DNA of 64,000 nucleotides. Origin: Squalus acanthias (lineage: Eukaryota). Below are positions 1-11,852 of this stretch, piece by piece (position 1 is the first letter of the stretch; each line of letters opens with the position of its first letter). The notes below the pieces were generated by a model that worked only from the letters and a program-made list of their open reading frames with translations, made no database searches and had not been told where the DNA came from. A program made the position numbers and the translations under genes. The stretch is taken from positions 63,428,001-63,492,000 of the forward strand of contig CM059438.1 in the NCBI GenBank assembly GCA_030390025.1. The letters run 5' to 3'.

Positions 1-1226
1 AGGGTTTGCGCACAGATGACAGCTGTGCTGGTGGCGGACTCCTCCACGCTCCTAGCCAGTGCATCCATGCTCTCAGGCACCCTTGCCATTGCACCCATGA
101 GCTCAGTGTGCATGCTCATTGTCTGAGTATTCATCGCCGCGATATCGAGGTCCTCATCCGAGTCCTGTACAGCAGAACTCGTGCGCATACTAACCCTCCG
201 GGGAGATGGCCCCCGAGCTTAACCTTTCCCCATGGCGTTGCTGCAGACCGTTGGGTCCCAGAGCTTCATCCACATCAGATCCTAACCCCCTGTTCCCCTC
301 CAGTGAACGCGTGGCCCCAGTATCGGATGTCTCGGTCTCGGGAGACGCAGGCGGTGAGGTGCCAGCTTCGTGTTCCTCCTCCTCTCCCGCGTCGCTGCCA
401 CTGGGAGGCTGAGGGTCAGGCTGGTCAGCTGGTGGTTCACTATCTGAAAGCAGGAAGGTACAAGAGTAGCTTTAACGTGAGGGCAGGGGGGAAGGAAGGG
501 AGCAAGAACTGGAGACAGTGTAGTTAGATGGAAAGTGGGAAAGGCTGGTGTTGTGAGGGGGAAGTGGTATGAGAGAGGAGAGAGAGATGATGAACATACC
601 ATTGCTGTCCCCAAAGGGGTCGACCTCTCCAACTGCCACAGCACCCACAACATGACTTGCGATTAGTCTGTGAACTTGCTCCTCCAGCTGTGTGAGGTGG
701 TGCAGCTCCGCCTGACCTCCTGCCGTGCGTTGTTGCTCCCTCCGGTTATGTGAAAGCTTTGCCTGCAAGAAAAAGGAATGCGTGTGAGTGAGTGCGCAGC
801 CATGTGTTTGGCAGATGTGCCTACCATTGTTGAATAGCCGTTAATGTCTGCAAGATGTGAGATGTGGATGTGACTTTTAGTAGATGGGCATAGTTGTTGG
901 GTGAGTGTTGGGGATTTGGGACGTTACACCGTCTGTGCACAGAGTAAGGTTGAGATTTAGAGGTATTCCATGCATCTACTCACCCTGACCACCCGAGTGA
1001 GGTCGTTGAACTTCTTGCGGCACTGGGTGTGAGTCCTTTGGACCAGGCTCCTGAATGAAACGTACTGGGTAACCTCCCTCCACACCTTTGTGAAATCCCG
1101 GGGCAACGGCCTCCTGCCAGTGTCTGGAAGCAGCACTGCCCATCGGCGTTCGTCAGCGCCAACCAGAGCCACCAATGCCTGGTCGCTAAACCAGCGAGCT
1201 CTCTCCCTGGGCCTCTGAGCAGCCAT
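1..1226 (-). CDS. Harbinger-type Myb/SANT-like DNA-binding protein; exons 1226-984, 762-600, 443-<1
   Basis: MAAQRPRERARWFSDQAL...WREVT...RTHTQCRKKFNDL is a trihelix motif. Exon 2 reads AKLSHNRREQQRTAGG. GT-AG junctions are in phase and exon 3 is open to the window edge. Confidence 0.8.
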
Positions 1227-1583
1227 GATAATCGTTGTTGAAGATTTGCACCTCCTTGCAGGCCCAGGTCAAACGCAGCAATGAGCAGGGTGAGGCTGTG
1301 CAGCATGATGGGCCCTCCCCTTTAAGAACTGGAAGGCGCCAGTCTGTCTGAGTACAAGGTGATTGACAGCGCCTGAGCTTGAGTAGCGCTCTGAGGTAGC
1401 GCCCCCGTTCCCCCACGTTAGCGCCCTAAGAGAGGTGTGTAACACTTGATTGAGCGCTCCAATCACCTCCAGGGGCACTGGAGATGAATTTCCCGGTCGC
1501 CAACGATAATTTGCGCCGGGCGCTAAATTTTGCGCTCAGCCGATATAAGCACCTAAAATGAGCGATACCGAATTTTTCCTCCC
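1..1583 (-). mobile_element. PIF/Harbinger-type DNA transposon, one end plus Myb/SANT gene (runs off the left edge of the window)
   Basis: Terminal-like GGGAGGAAAAATTCGG at ~1583 (minus). GC-rich subterminal region is homologous to the MITE at 10246-11003. Contains a spliced Myb/SANT ORF. Confidence 0.8.
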
Positions 1584-1887
1584 TGAAGTCTGAATCCTTC
1601 TGATGAATGTAACCTGGTTAGTTTTTCATTCCATGGAGTCCCAGCTAATTGCTGTGATATGGAATCACATGATGGAAACAGGGTTACTGCAGCTGCAAAT
1701 GGATTATTCTGCTGGGACACTGCAGACCAAAATAATGCTCTCACGCAGCATGTAAACATGCTATTAATCAATTTTACCTTTTTAGGTGGATAAAGTGTGA
1801 TCTGCAGACTTCTAGCATTTGATGGGTTTTGATTATTTTTAACACCCAATCTAACTTCTCAAAAGCAGGAGAGAATTGCTGAAAAAA

Positions 1888-2067
1888 AGATTATCTGGGC
1901 ATTATCACATTGCTGTTTGTGGGAGCTTGCTGTGCGCAAATTGGCTGCCGTGTTTCCTACATTACAACAGTGTGACTACACTTCAAAAAGTACTTTATTG
2001 GCTGTAAAGCGCTTTGAGACGTCCAGTGGTCATGAAAGGCGCTATAGAAATGCAAGTCTTTCTTTTT
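1888..2067 (+). mobile_element. DeuSINE (SacSINE1-like) 3' fragment
   Basis: Matches the 3' half of the full SINE at 19715-20157, with tail GGCGCTATAGAAATGCAAGTCTTTCTTT. Confidence 0.8.
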
Positions 2068-2070
2068 ATT

Positions 2071-2205
2071 GTGAGATATCGCACAACACCAGGTTATAGT
2101 CCAACAGCTTTATTTGAACTCAAATAAAGCTGTTGGACTATAACCTGGTGTTGTGCGACTTCTCACATTTGTCCACCCCAGTCCAACACCGGCATCTCCA
2201 CATCA
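2071..2205. mobile_element. Penelope-like element (PLE) terminal fragments inserted as an inverted pair (hairpin)
   Basis: Arms of ~46 bp around 2118. The 12-bp direct repeat TTTCTTTTTATT lies at 2059-2070 and 2206-2217. Same sequence family as 2911-3598. Confidence 0.8.
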
Positions 2206-2267
2206 TTTCTTTTTATTAACAACATTAACCCTGAATTTGTGTTTCTGATGGGGGTAAGTTTTTTTAA

Positions 2268-2740
2268 AATTCGTTTATGGGATGTGGGCGTTGCTGGCAA
2301 GGCCAGCATTTATTGCCCATCCCTAATTGCCCTCGAGAAGGTGGTGGTGAGCCGCCTTCTTGAACCGCTGCAGTCCGTGTGGTGAAGGTACTCCCACAGT
2401 GCTGTTAGGGAGGGAGTTCCAGGATTTTGACCCAGCGACGATGAAGGAACGGCGATATACTTCTAAGTCAGGATGGTGTGTGACTTGGAGGGGAACTTGG
2501 AGGTGGTGGTGTTCCCATGCGCCTGCTGCCCTTGTCCTTCTAGGTGGAAGAGGTCGCGGGTTTGGGAGGTGCTGCCGAAGAAGCCTTGGCAAGTTGCTGC
2601 AGTGCATCTTGTGGATGGTACACACTGCAGCCACAGTATGCCGATGGTGAAGGGAGTGAATGTTTAAGGTAGTGGATGGGGTGCCAATCAACCAGGCTGC
2701 TTTGTCCTGGATGGTGTTGAGATTCTTGAGTGTTGTTGGA
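2268..2740 (-). mobile_element. CR1/L2-group LINE (second family), 3' end of ORF2 and tail
   Basis: Minus ORF ...SLHHRHTVAAVCTIHKMH...SFIVAGSKSWNSLP...QRFKKAAHHHLL. Related copies at 15845-16152, 46630-46730 and 52730-52815. Confidence 0.75.
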
Positions 2741-2910
2741 GTTATTAAAGTCTTAGCTTTGGCTAGTCATAGCAAAAATATTTCAAGTTTCTGACGGTCC
2801 AAAGTTTGGCTCCAGAAAAATGAATCAGAACACAAAAAATTAGTTTGGTTTCTGATCCAATGAACTTGGAAGTATAGGCAGTCAACAGCCATAGCTATCT
2901 CTAGATTGAT

Positions 2911-3598
2911 GTGGAGATGCCGGTGTTGGACTGGGGTGGACAAATGTGAGAAGTCGCACAACACCAGGTTATAGTCCAACAGCTTTATTTGAAATCACAA
3001 GCTTTCGGAGCGCTGCTCCTTCGTCAGGTGAAGTGAAGAGATGCATATAGGCACAGCATATATAGTCAGAGAACACTGCCAGATGATTACAGTTCGAGAC
3101 ACATGACAACGCAAAATCGTCGAGCAGAAACTGATAGCCAAGTTTAGCACCCATGAGGACGGCCTCAACCGGGATCTTGGGTTCATGTCACGCTACATGT
3201 AACCCCACCTGACGTAGAGTCATCCAGACTCGAGTCGTCGTTGGCTTGTTCTCTATACACAGATGCGGCCGGACCTGCTGTGATTTCCAGCAAAAACAGT
3301 TTTTTGTTTTCCATACAGACCCCAGCATCTGCCACATTGTCTTTGATGTAATGTTTTCCTGACTGACCTGTTTGGACACCATCCACACCTTTGATTGCCG
3401 TGATTATCTCTCTGCCGGGGTGTGATAAAGGGCAGTTAGAAAGATTAACTGTAGTCGTCTGGCAGTGTTCTCTGACTATATATGCTGTGCCTATATACAT
3501 CTCTTCACTTCACCTGACGAAGGAGCAGCGCTCCGAAAGCTTGTGATTTCAAATAAAGCTGTTGGACTATAACCTGGTGTTGTGCGACTTCTCACATT
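2911..3598 (+). mobile_element. Penelope-like retroelement 3' fragment with inverted pLTR copy
   Basis: ORF C-terminal remnant QRKIVEQKLIAKFSTHEDGLNRDLGFMSRYM* (~3107-3202) resembles the end of a PLE GIY-YIG domain. ~2942-3094 is inverted relative to ~3447-3598. A 15-bp direct repeat TATCTCTAGATTGAT lies at 2896-2910 and 3599-3613. Confidence 0.85.
3510..3546 (+). ncRNA. Minimal hammerhead ribozyme motif (PLE family 1)
   Basis: UCAC-CUGACGA-A-GGAGC-agc-GCUCC-GAAA-GCU-U-GUGA: core, stem II, stem I (UCAC/GUGA) and palindromic AGCU in place of stem III. Mirror copy at 2995-3031 (-). Confidence 0.75.
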
Positions 3599-3789
3599 TA
3601 TCTCTAGATTGATTTGTGGATTATCTCACATCCCCCACAAAAAGACTAAAACATTCTTTTCAGGAGACAGCAAAGAGTTCCATTTTAAATTCACAATATT
3701 TTGAAATTCCACATGCAAAAGGTATTTATAATATGGAGCAGGATGGGGTGTTGCTACTGTCGCATTCACATCATCGTAACAAGGGTAAC

Positions 3790-5797
3790 ATATAGAATCA
3801 TAGAATCATAGAATGGTTACAGCACAGAAGGAGGCCATTCGGCTCGGCGAGCCCATGCCGGCTCTCTGCAAGAGCACTTCAGCTAGTTCCACTCCCCCGC
3901 CCTTTCCCCGTAGCCCTGCAAATATTCTTCCTTCAGGTACTTAAGCCAATTCCCTTTTGAAAGCAGTGATTGAATCTGCCTCCACCACCCTCTCAGGCAG
4001 TGCATTCCAGATCCTAACCACTCACTGCGTAAAAAAGTTTTTCCTCATGTTGCCTTTGGTTCTTCTGCCAATCACCTTAAATCTGTGTCCTCTGGTTCTC
4101 GACCCTTCCGCCAATGGGAACAGTTTCTCTCTCTATCTACTCTGTCGAGACCCCTCGTGATTTTGAACACCTCTATCAAATCTCCTCTCAACCTTCTCTG
4201 CTCCAAGTAGAACAACTTCAGCTTCTCCAGTCTATCCACATAACTGAAGTCCCTCATCCCTGGAATCATTCTCGTAGATCTTTTCTGCATCCTCTCTAAG
4301 GCCTTCACATCCTTCCGAAAGTGCGGTGCCCAGAATTGGACACAATACTCCAGTTGAGGCTGAACCAGTGTTTTATAAAGGTTCATCATAACTTCCTTGC
4401 TTTTGTACCCTGGGCGTGAAATTCGGTTACGCCCCGTTTGGGGGCAGTAACCGAGTTAAGGCCGGCCATTTAGCGCTTGGCACAGAAGTTACACCCCGGC
4501 CGCTAAATTCAGATTACTACCCCTCACCCCGGCGGTAACTGAGGCGATGTCGGGGCGCGATCGGCAGTGCTCCACGGAGGCTCCTTCAGTTAAAGGGGAG
4601 GGCTGTTGCGCACTCTGCAGGGTCTCCGATGGCCCACGCTAGGCCACCAGGGTGGCGCGGTGCTGCAGCCGCAGCCCAGCACCGAGACGCGGTCCCGGGC
4701 TCCGTGATGGTGGCCAGGACCATGCCATGGCCCATCACGGAGGGCCGACCTGGAGGTTGGCCACAAATAGAAAATGGCGGCGCGGGTCACGGCCGCACCT
4801 CCCCTTTAAATACTGCCCCGTGAGCGAAGGTCGGCCCGGCTCGCGACCCACGAGGCTGGCGCTGACATGGCCCGCGGCAGCCTCGTGGGGCGCAGCTGAA
4901 TTTCTGCCGCGGGGCAGTAAGGGGCTGCAGCGGGGCGCTAAGGGGTCGTGGCGCACCGCGTGACGTCATCGCCGGCAGTGCAGCGGCCCGTGCACTAGCG
5001 GGAGGCATTTTTTCATCCCCCCCAGGCGATAAGCCCTTTGCGCCCCATTAGCACCCCCTGGAGGAGCTAACAGCAGGCGCAAAGGAACTGAATTTCTAGC
5101 CCAATGCCTCTATTTATGAAGCCCAAGATCCCGTATTCTTTTTTAACCGCTTTCTCAACCTGTTCTGCCACCTTCAGCGATTTCTGCACCCCCAGGTCTC
5201 TCTGTTTATGCACCCCCTTTAGAATTGTACCCTTTAGTTTATATTGCCTCTCCTCATTCAAAATGTATCACTTCGTACTTTTCTGCATTAAATTTCATCT
5301 GCCACGTGTCCACCCATTTCACCAGCCTGCCTAGGTCCTCTTGAAGTCCATCACTATCCTCCTCACTGTTCACTATACTTCCAAGTTTTGTGTTATCTGC
5401 AAATTTTGAAATTGTGCCCTGTACACCCAAGTCCAAGTCATTAATATATATCAAGAAAAGCAGTGGTCCTAGTACCGACCCCTGGGGAACACCACTGTAT
5501 ATCTTCCTCCAGTCCGATAAACAACTGTTCGCCACTACTCTCTGTTTCCTGTCACTTAGCCAATTTCGTATCCATGCTGCCACTGTCCCTTTTATTCCAC
5601 GGGCTTCAACTTTGCTGTCGAGCCTATTATGTGGCACTTTATCAAACGCCTTTTGGAAATCCATGTACACCACATCAACTGCATTGCCCTCATCAAAAAA
5701 CTCAATCAAGTTAGTTAAACATGATTTGCCTTTAACAAATCTGTGCTGGCTTTCCTTAATTAATCCACACTTGTCCAAGCGACTGTTAATTTTGTCC
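3790..5797 (-). mobile_element. CR1 LINE, 5'-truncated RT region and 3' tail, interrupted by a MITE at 4412-5102
   Basis: RT motifs DFQKAFDKVPH, SGVPQGSVLGPLLF, KFADNTKL and LEYCVQFWAP. Tail ATTCTATG repeats at ~3790-3815. Confidence 0.92.
4412..5102. mobile_element. Harbinger-type MITE (GC-rich family)
   Basis: Imperfect TIRs GGGCGTGAAATTC...GAATTTCTAGCCC. Splits the CR1 ORF. Similar to 10246-11003. Confidence 0.75.
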
Positions 5798-6146
5798 CAG
5801 TACCTCTACTTCTCCAAAGGAAGAAAAAGTAGCTAAGTGCTTTTCGAGATATCAATGCCCCATTAAAGTAGTGGGGGAGGTGGGGTGTGAACATGAGGCA
5901 TGAAGAATTAAGCACCGATGGTGTACAGTGTGAGGTAGAGATACAGTGGACAAAATCTGAGTGAATTCTCCTGGAATATATATAACCCATGCTGGTGTGA
6001 AACTTCCATTTTTAATGTTCCCAGAATTATGCTCAATCACCTTAACTTCACATTGGTACATATCTGCCGTACTTAATGATCAACCCTGTGCATTACTGGT
6101 TAATAACACTTGCTGTATTACTCATTTCCACTGTCCTAATTTGCAG

Positions 6147-6333
6147 CCTCTGCAGTAATGTGGTGTACATACTGGGCACAATTGCAGAAAACGAGGTTGG
6201 CGCTCAGCGTTTGGTGACAATGGCACAGACCCAGCTGTTGGAATCTGACAATCTCCTTGGCAACCTGAATTCCATGTTAAAGTGGACAGATGCTGAAGCA
6301 GTGATGAATGCTGCTGGGACCCTCGGCACAATG
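6147..6333 (+). CDS. Host ARM-repeat/FN3 gene, first exon seen (internal exon; ARM-like repeats)
   Basis: Acceptor ttgcag| (an alternative in-phase AG ends at 6155) and donor ATG|gtaaga. Encodes LCSNVVYILGTIAENEVGAQRL...VMNAAGTLGTM. Phase 0 end matches the next exon. Confidence 0.85.
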
Positions 6334-7044
6334 GTAAGAATATCCATCAACTCTGGGCATTGGGCAGGTGCGTCCAGCATGAGGGTCACCAGTGTGACTT
6401 TTACACCAATTCAGCACGGGCATTACTTACATTAAAACAAATCTGAGGAAAATGTTAAAGATTAAGGAACTGTGATCAGCATATGATACTGTACATTGAA
6501 TGGAATCTGGAGGTTTATTTTGGAATCATGATGAGCTACGCCCAATGACAGTCGATCTTAACAACCTCTGGTCTGCTTCATAATACAAGAAAAAGGTCTC
6601 ACTCAATGTATGTTGATACATTTGTTAATGAGTTTGAACATCCACATACACACGTAGAACCCACTTGGCATGATCAGTAATTAGTGAATCAATCGGCCAG
6701 CACCATCAGTTTCAAAAGAAAATCTTTGACCCTTTGCACTTTCTCGGGTCACCTCTCCGCATGAACTTGTGCAGGATGAGCAGTTACTTGTCATATAACC
6801 AGTGTTTTTTTTAGTTCGTACTTACCGAAAAGTGAACCTCCCTTGTTTTTTGATCTCCTTTTCAAATGTATCTCCCCTTACCCTCTTCAGGCACCATTCA
6901 TCAGACAAGCACCCTGCTTCCAGGCCTCCGTGGAGGCTGTTTATGAGCCAGTTGCTCAGAAATGTATGAGAGTGGGTTGGGATTGTTTGATCACCAAACC
7001 TATTTTTGCCTTACCTGTAACTGGCTCCTTCTCCTTCTGTTGGG

Positions 7045-7603
7045 ATAGGAACAGGAGGAGGCCATTCAGCCCCTCGAGCTTGTTCCGCCATTCAGTTAGA
7101 TCTTGGCTGATCTGTATCTTAATTCGATCTACCCGCCTTGGTTCCATAACCCTTAATACCCTTGCCTAACAAAAACTATCAACCTCAGTTTTGAAATTTT
7201 CAGTTGACCCCCAGCCTCAACAGCTTTTTGGGGGAGAGAGTTCCAGATTTCCACTACCCTTTGTGTGAAGAAATGCTTCCTGACATCACCCCTGAATGGC
7301 CTAGCTCTAATTTTAAGGTTATGTCCCTTTGTTCTGGACTCCCCCCACCAGAGGAAATAGTTTCTCTCTATCGGCCCTATCAAATCCTTTAATCATCTTA
7401 AGTACCTCAATTAGATCACCCCTTAATCTTCTATACTCAGATGAATACAAGCCTAGCCTGTGCAACCTGTCCTCATAATTTAACCCTTTTAGCTCCAGTA
7501 TCGTTCTGGTGAGTCTGCTCTGCATCCCCTCCAAGGCCAATATATCCTTCCTGAGGTGCGGTGCCCAGAACTGAACACAGTGCTCCAGATGGGGTCTAAC
7601 CAG
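7045..7603 (-). mobile_element. CR1 LINE 3' fragment
   Basis: LVRPHLEHCVQFWAP...RRLRGDLIEV...FFTQRVVEIWNSLP and the CR1 3' stem-loop tail. Confidence 0.9.
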
Positions 7604-7787
7604 TGGGATAATGGGAACGTTGCTTTTGTGGGAATCACTTGCAAGGACCCAAATCCCAACACCCATACCACAGCTCACATCAGGGCTTTATTTCCAAATA
7701 AGTATCAAATGCTCTTCCATCTCAAAAGAGAAGCAAGCACTTAAAATGCTTTTGTTATGTACGGGGTTTTGTATTTTTTTGTTTCAG

Positions 7788-8019
7788 GCCGAGACCAGTG
7801 AAGGTCGACAGTGGTTACTGCATGACTCTCACATTGAGGCAATAGTGGGTAATGTGACTGCTCTGCTGAACAATGTAAACGAGTGGACCGCCAGCAATGC
7901 TGCTCTGGTACTGGCGAGGATCGCTATCTGCGAGTCTGGCTGCAGGAAGCTCTTGGAACAATCTAACTCCCGGCACACGCTCGGCAAGCTGATCGCATCT
8001 CTGGGTGTGGACAAGACAG
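7788..8019 (+). CDS. Host ARM/FN3 gene, exon 2 of 8 seen
   Basis: Polypyrimidine tract with gtttcag| acceptor and G|gtaagc donor. Encodes AETSEGRQWLL...ASNAALVLARIAICESGCRKLL...LGVDKT. Phase 0 to phase 1. Confidence 0.9.
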
Positions 8020-8258
8020 GTAAGCAGCATTCCTCTTCTCCGTGTTGTATCTCTTGCCCCACGCCATGAACACACAAGCACATGGATATTCACACTGTGA
8101 ACAAAGTTACTTTCCAAATGCCTGGAAATTCCCTCGTTGGTGGTGTAGCGGAAAATGTGGTGCAGGACAACCCAAGTCATCCAGAGGCTCGGGTGGAGCA
8201 TAAACACCAGCACAGACCTGTTGGGCCGACTGGCCTGTTTCTGCGCTGTAGATTCTAT

Positions 8259-8966
8259 GGGCTGGATTTTGTCTTGGGGTCGGGTTGGGGTCGTGTAATC
8301 CGCATTTCGTGTTTCCCCCCCCGACTCCAGATTAATGTGGATGCCTGATGCAATTTTCACTTAATTGGGCAATTGAGTTGTAGCATGTGGGAACCCATGA
8401 ACTAATTAGTGGTTTCAGTCTGAAACCCGCCTCTGATGATGTCATCATTGCTGAGTGCCTGCTCTCAGAGATTGTCTGGCTACTGGTGAGAGAGGACCTG
8501 TCTGCAGTGCTTCTGATGTGAGTGGACCTGGATGCAAATATGTGTGTGTGTGAGAGAGAGAGGGAGAGAGAATGAATTTTTGCATCCAAGTCCTCTTACA
8601 CCAAATGCGCAGTATCGCGACTTTCACACCACATCTCCGTTGTAATAGTGGACTTGCTATCCACTTGTGCTCCCGCCAGGTTTCACTGGAGTGTTTCACA
8701 CCAGGCGTGCTTCACGTCAGAAAAGGGTTAAACTAGCTACAATGTTTCAAAATAGCATTACAGACCCAATTTAGGGCTTGTTAAGGGCTTTAATGGCCTC
8801 TCCCGCCTCTTGGAGGCGGGACGGAGTCGGGAACCCCGCGACCGATTTTGTCAAAATTGCGTGGAGGCGGGATGGAGTCGGGATGGGGTCGGAAACCCCG
8901 ACCCCGCAAATTTAACCCCCCACACACCTCCAAACCTGACTCCATGGGTCATTCAAAATCCAGCCC
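8259..8966. mobile_element. Harbinger-type MITE (GGGCTGGATTTT family)
   Basis: TIRs GGGCTGGATTTTG...CAAAATCCAGCCC flanked by TAT/TAT. Close inverted copy at 52869-53625. Confidence 0.85.
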
Positions 8967-8974
8967 TATGTAAT

Positions 8975-9408
8975 AGTGGGCTGAGTAAACTAGGCCTGTA
9001 TTCTCTTGAATTCAGAAGAATGAGAGGGCATCTCATTGAAGCATACAAAATTATTACAGGGCTTGATAGGGTGGATGCTGGGAGAATGTTTCTCTTGGCT
9101 GGGGAGTCTAGAATCAGGGGCCACAGCCTCAGGATAAAGGGTAGGCCATTCAGGATTGAGATGAGAAGAAATTTCTTCACACAGAGGGTGGTGAATCTTT
9201 GGAATTCTCTACCCCAGAGGGCTGTGGAGGCTCAGTCATTGGGTATATTCAAAACAGAAGTCGATAGATTTCTGACTAGTAGGGGCATCAAAGGATATGG
9301 CGATAGGGCCGGTGAATGGAGTTGAGGCAGAAGATCTGCCATGATCTCATTGAATGGCGGAGCAGGCTCGAAGGGCCTACTCCTGCTCCTATTTCTTATG
9401 TTCTGATG
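8975..9408 (+). mobile_element. CR1 LINE 3' fragment
   Basis: LGLYSLEFRRMRGHL...FFTQRVVNLWNSLP...GYGDRAGEWS* and tail CCTGCTCCTATTTCTTATG. Confidence 0.9.
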
Positions 9409-10245
9409 TACTTACGCCCTCAGCTCCGACCATAGCAAGTTTCCAATTGTAGCCATGAGGTAAATGCTTTGCATGAGACAAGAGTTCCTCACCCGCAGTG
9501 GGCAGAAATATCAGAAGGTAAGTGACCCAAGGCTGCTTCTCAACATCTCTAGCAACCATCTTGAATGGCATTGACCGAGGCCCCTGAAATGGTTGCCTCT
9601 CAGTTCAGGCATGTTGCGTAAACATAAAGAGAGGAAAACTGAGTACAAATGAAGGAGAAGTACAAACAGAATGGATAGAAGTGGGAGTTACTTTTTTTTG
9701 GTTTTTGCTCTAGATTATTTTTCTAAGTTTTAGCATCTCAGACCATTCGTGTAAATGAACCCTTGCCCCCCCCCACCCCCCAAGGCCTGGAATTTGTCTT
9801 TACCTGTATCTAGGTCATTTGTATCAAGCCCTAAGATTGAACAAAAACCCCATGTTCAGTTTATTTTGGCTCACTGGGTGTATCTCGTGACCTCCCATGA
9901 GCTTAATTGACTTCGGAAGATGACAGAATGAACACTTCATTAAAATGTGGCTTGGGCTAGAAATGCTAACAGAATTATTAAATGGATAAGTGAACAATAA
10001 CAATGACTTTAGTATAGGTTTTATGTTAACCATCTCTGCTTGAGTTGGTAGAAAATAATAAACAGCCACCTCTGCTGTGCTAACCTGTAATATAAATATC
10101 AAACGTGGCCTTTTTGTTGTTGCTGAGAGTCTACGGACTCTCTCTCTGGCCCACCTATTTCTTTCTGATGGCTTCAGATAGACTATTAAATTTGATTAAG
10201 GTGGGCTGAAAAACACTTTTAAAAAAATGACCAGGGGAATGGAAA

Positions 10246-11003
10246 GGGGGGGAGAAATTCGGTCTAGCCCCGTTTGGGGCACTAAAACTTTGAAAGTTGC
10301 AAAATTAGCGCCAGGCGCTAATCATTCTCGCCTCCCGCGAAATTCAGTTTTAGCGCTCCAAGAGGGAAGTGGTGCGCTAAATCAAGCGCTATCCACTTCT
10401 GTTAGGGCGCTAAAGTCCGAGAGTGGGGCGGTAGCGGCAGAACGCTAAACAATTTCGAGCGTGTTGTAAACGGCGCTCTTTCATCACAGAGGCTGCTTCC
10501 CTCGCTTACAGGGAAGGGCCAATGATGCTGCACTAGCTAGCTGTCATCAGTTCTGTTTCGCAAGGTGACCTGGGCGACTGTCATTACAGCCCCAAACACT
10601 CTCACAAAGTGGAGGGCTTGGACATCCTGCACCAATGAAACATTAAAAACTTTGCTCAGGCACCAAACTGGTACAAATAATAAAGGGTGCACTAGCTGAA
10701 AAGCATTCCCTTTAATTACCGCTCCCGAAGCGGCCAGCCGAGTTCACAACCCCTCCTCTTGCTGGCGTTGTCGGCGCGAGGCGATAAAGCAGGGGGCGTG
10801 AGTGACTTTTCCATCCGGGGCGATAACGGGGTGCTGCGCACTTTATGACGTCACGATCTGTGAGGCGCTAGAGGCCCAGGCGCTAAGAGCCAGCGATAAA
10901 CCGGCACTGAAGTTCGCGGGCGTCGCTGCATTCGCCACATCCGGGCGCTATCCCCTTAGCGTCCGTTAGCGCCCCCGCCAGGCGCTAACGGGAGGCGCTA
11001 ACA
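10246..11003. mobile_element. Harbinger-type MITE (GC-rich family), right end eroded
   Basis: Starts GGGGGGGAGAAATTCGG. ~10300-10420 aligns by eye with the reverse complement of ~1420-1530. Rich in GGCGCTAA motifs. Confidence 0.7.
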
Positions 11004-11852
11004 AATGTGTATCACTTAAACTCCAATAGAGTTGCTAATCAAGCATATATTCCTTGGCCTCTCATTTGGACAATTGGCAGGTCGTAAGTTCCTGTTTTGA
11101 TGGTGTATCAAAACAAGTTAGACCATTTCATGTGAGTGTACCTAGGTTTTAACCCTATGTGTACTGTGACAAATAGAAAGAAGCCAACGCCGCATACATT
11201 AGAGACAGAAAATGCTTCCTTTTATCCACAGTGGGTTTCATGCTGCAGATCTCCACATATTGCGTTCCCAATGCAAATGCTGCTACTGAGGGAGGGAGAA
11301 TTGGAGGGAACTGGCACCTAGAGTTACGAGAAAACACTTGCTAGCAGCTGATTTCACAGTATTATTGACGGGGTTGGGGGGCAGGGCTTCAGCACACCCT
11401 CAAACCCGAGAAGGTATGTGGCACCTGGAAAGATAAAAGAAAAAGGGAGGAAAATGGAGGAGGAATAAAAACATGAGAAAATGAATTGGCCTCTAAGTGA
11501 TGCTCTGCACTTATTAGCATATGGAGGCATAATGTATTTGTATGAAATTCCTCGTACAATATCTGAAAGAGCAGCATTAGTAGATTTAGTAAAAAGAGGA
11601 ATTTCACAGTGCAATGTAAAAATCAATATGCGCAGCAATTCCGGTGGCTGTAGAGACTTTCCCTTTCCCTTTTCCCACCCCTCCCCACCAACCCACCTCA
11701 ACCAGTGTACGTACAAAGACACCTTGCCTCTCCCAGGAGGCCACATGGATGCTGGTGGGTGGGCGGGCGGAGGGGGCATTGGAGATCATGATGCTCAATT
11801 TCACCATGGTCATATAGAACAGGCTCGATGGACCCGCTGGGCTTTTCCTCTC

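Noticed and set aside
1632..1755. Possible first exon of the host gene (MESQLIAVIW...)
   Set aside because: Short ORF ending in a stop, with no convincing phase-2 donor or ARM-like sequence.
5390..5836. Antisense ORFs over CR1 RT (also 26856-27236 and 63518-63760)
   Set aside because: They are shadow frames of the LINE coding strand.
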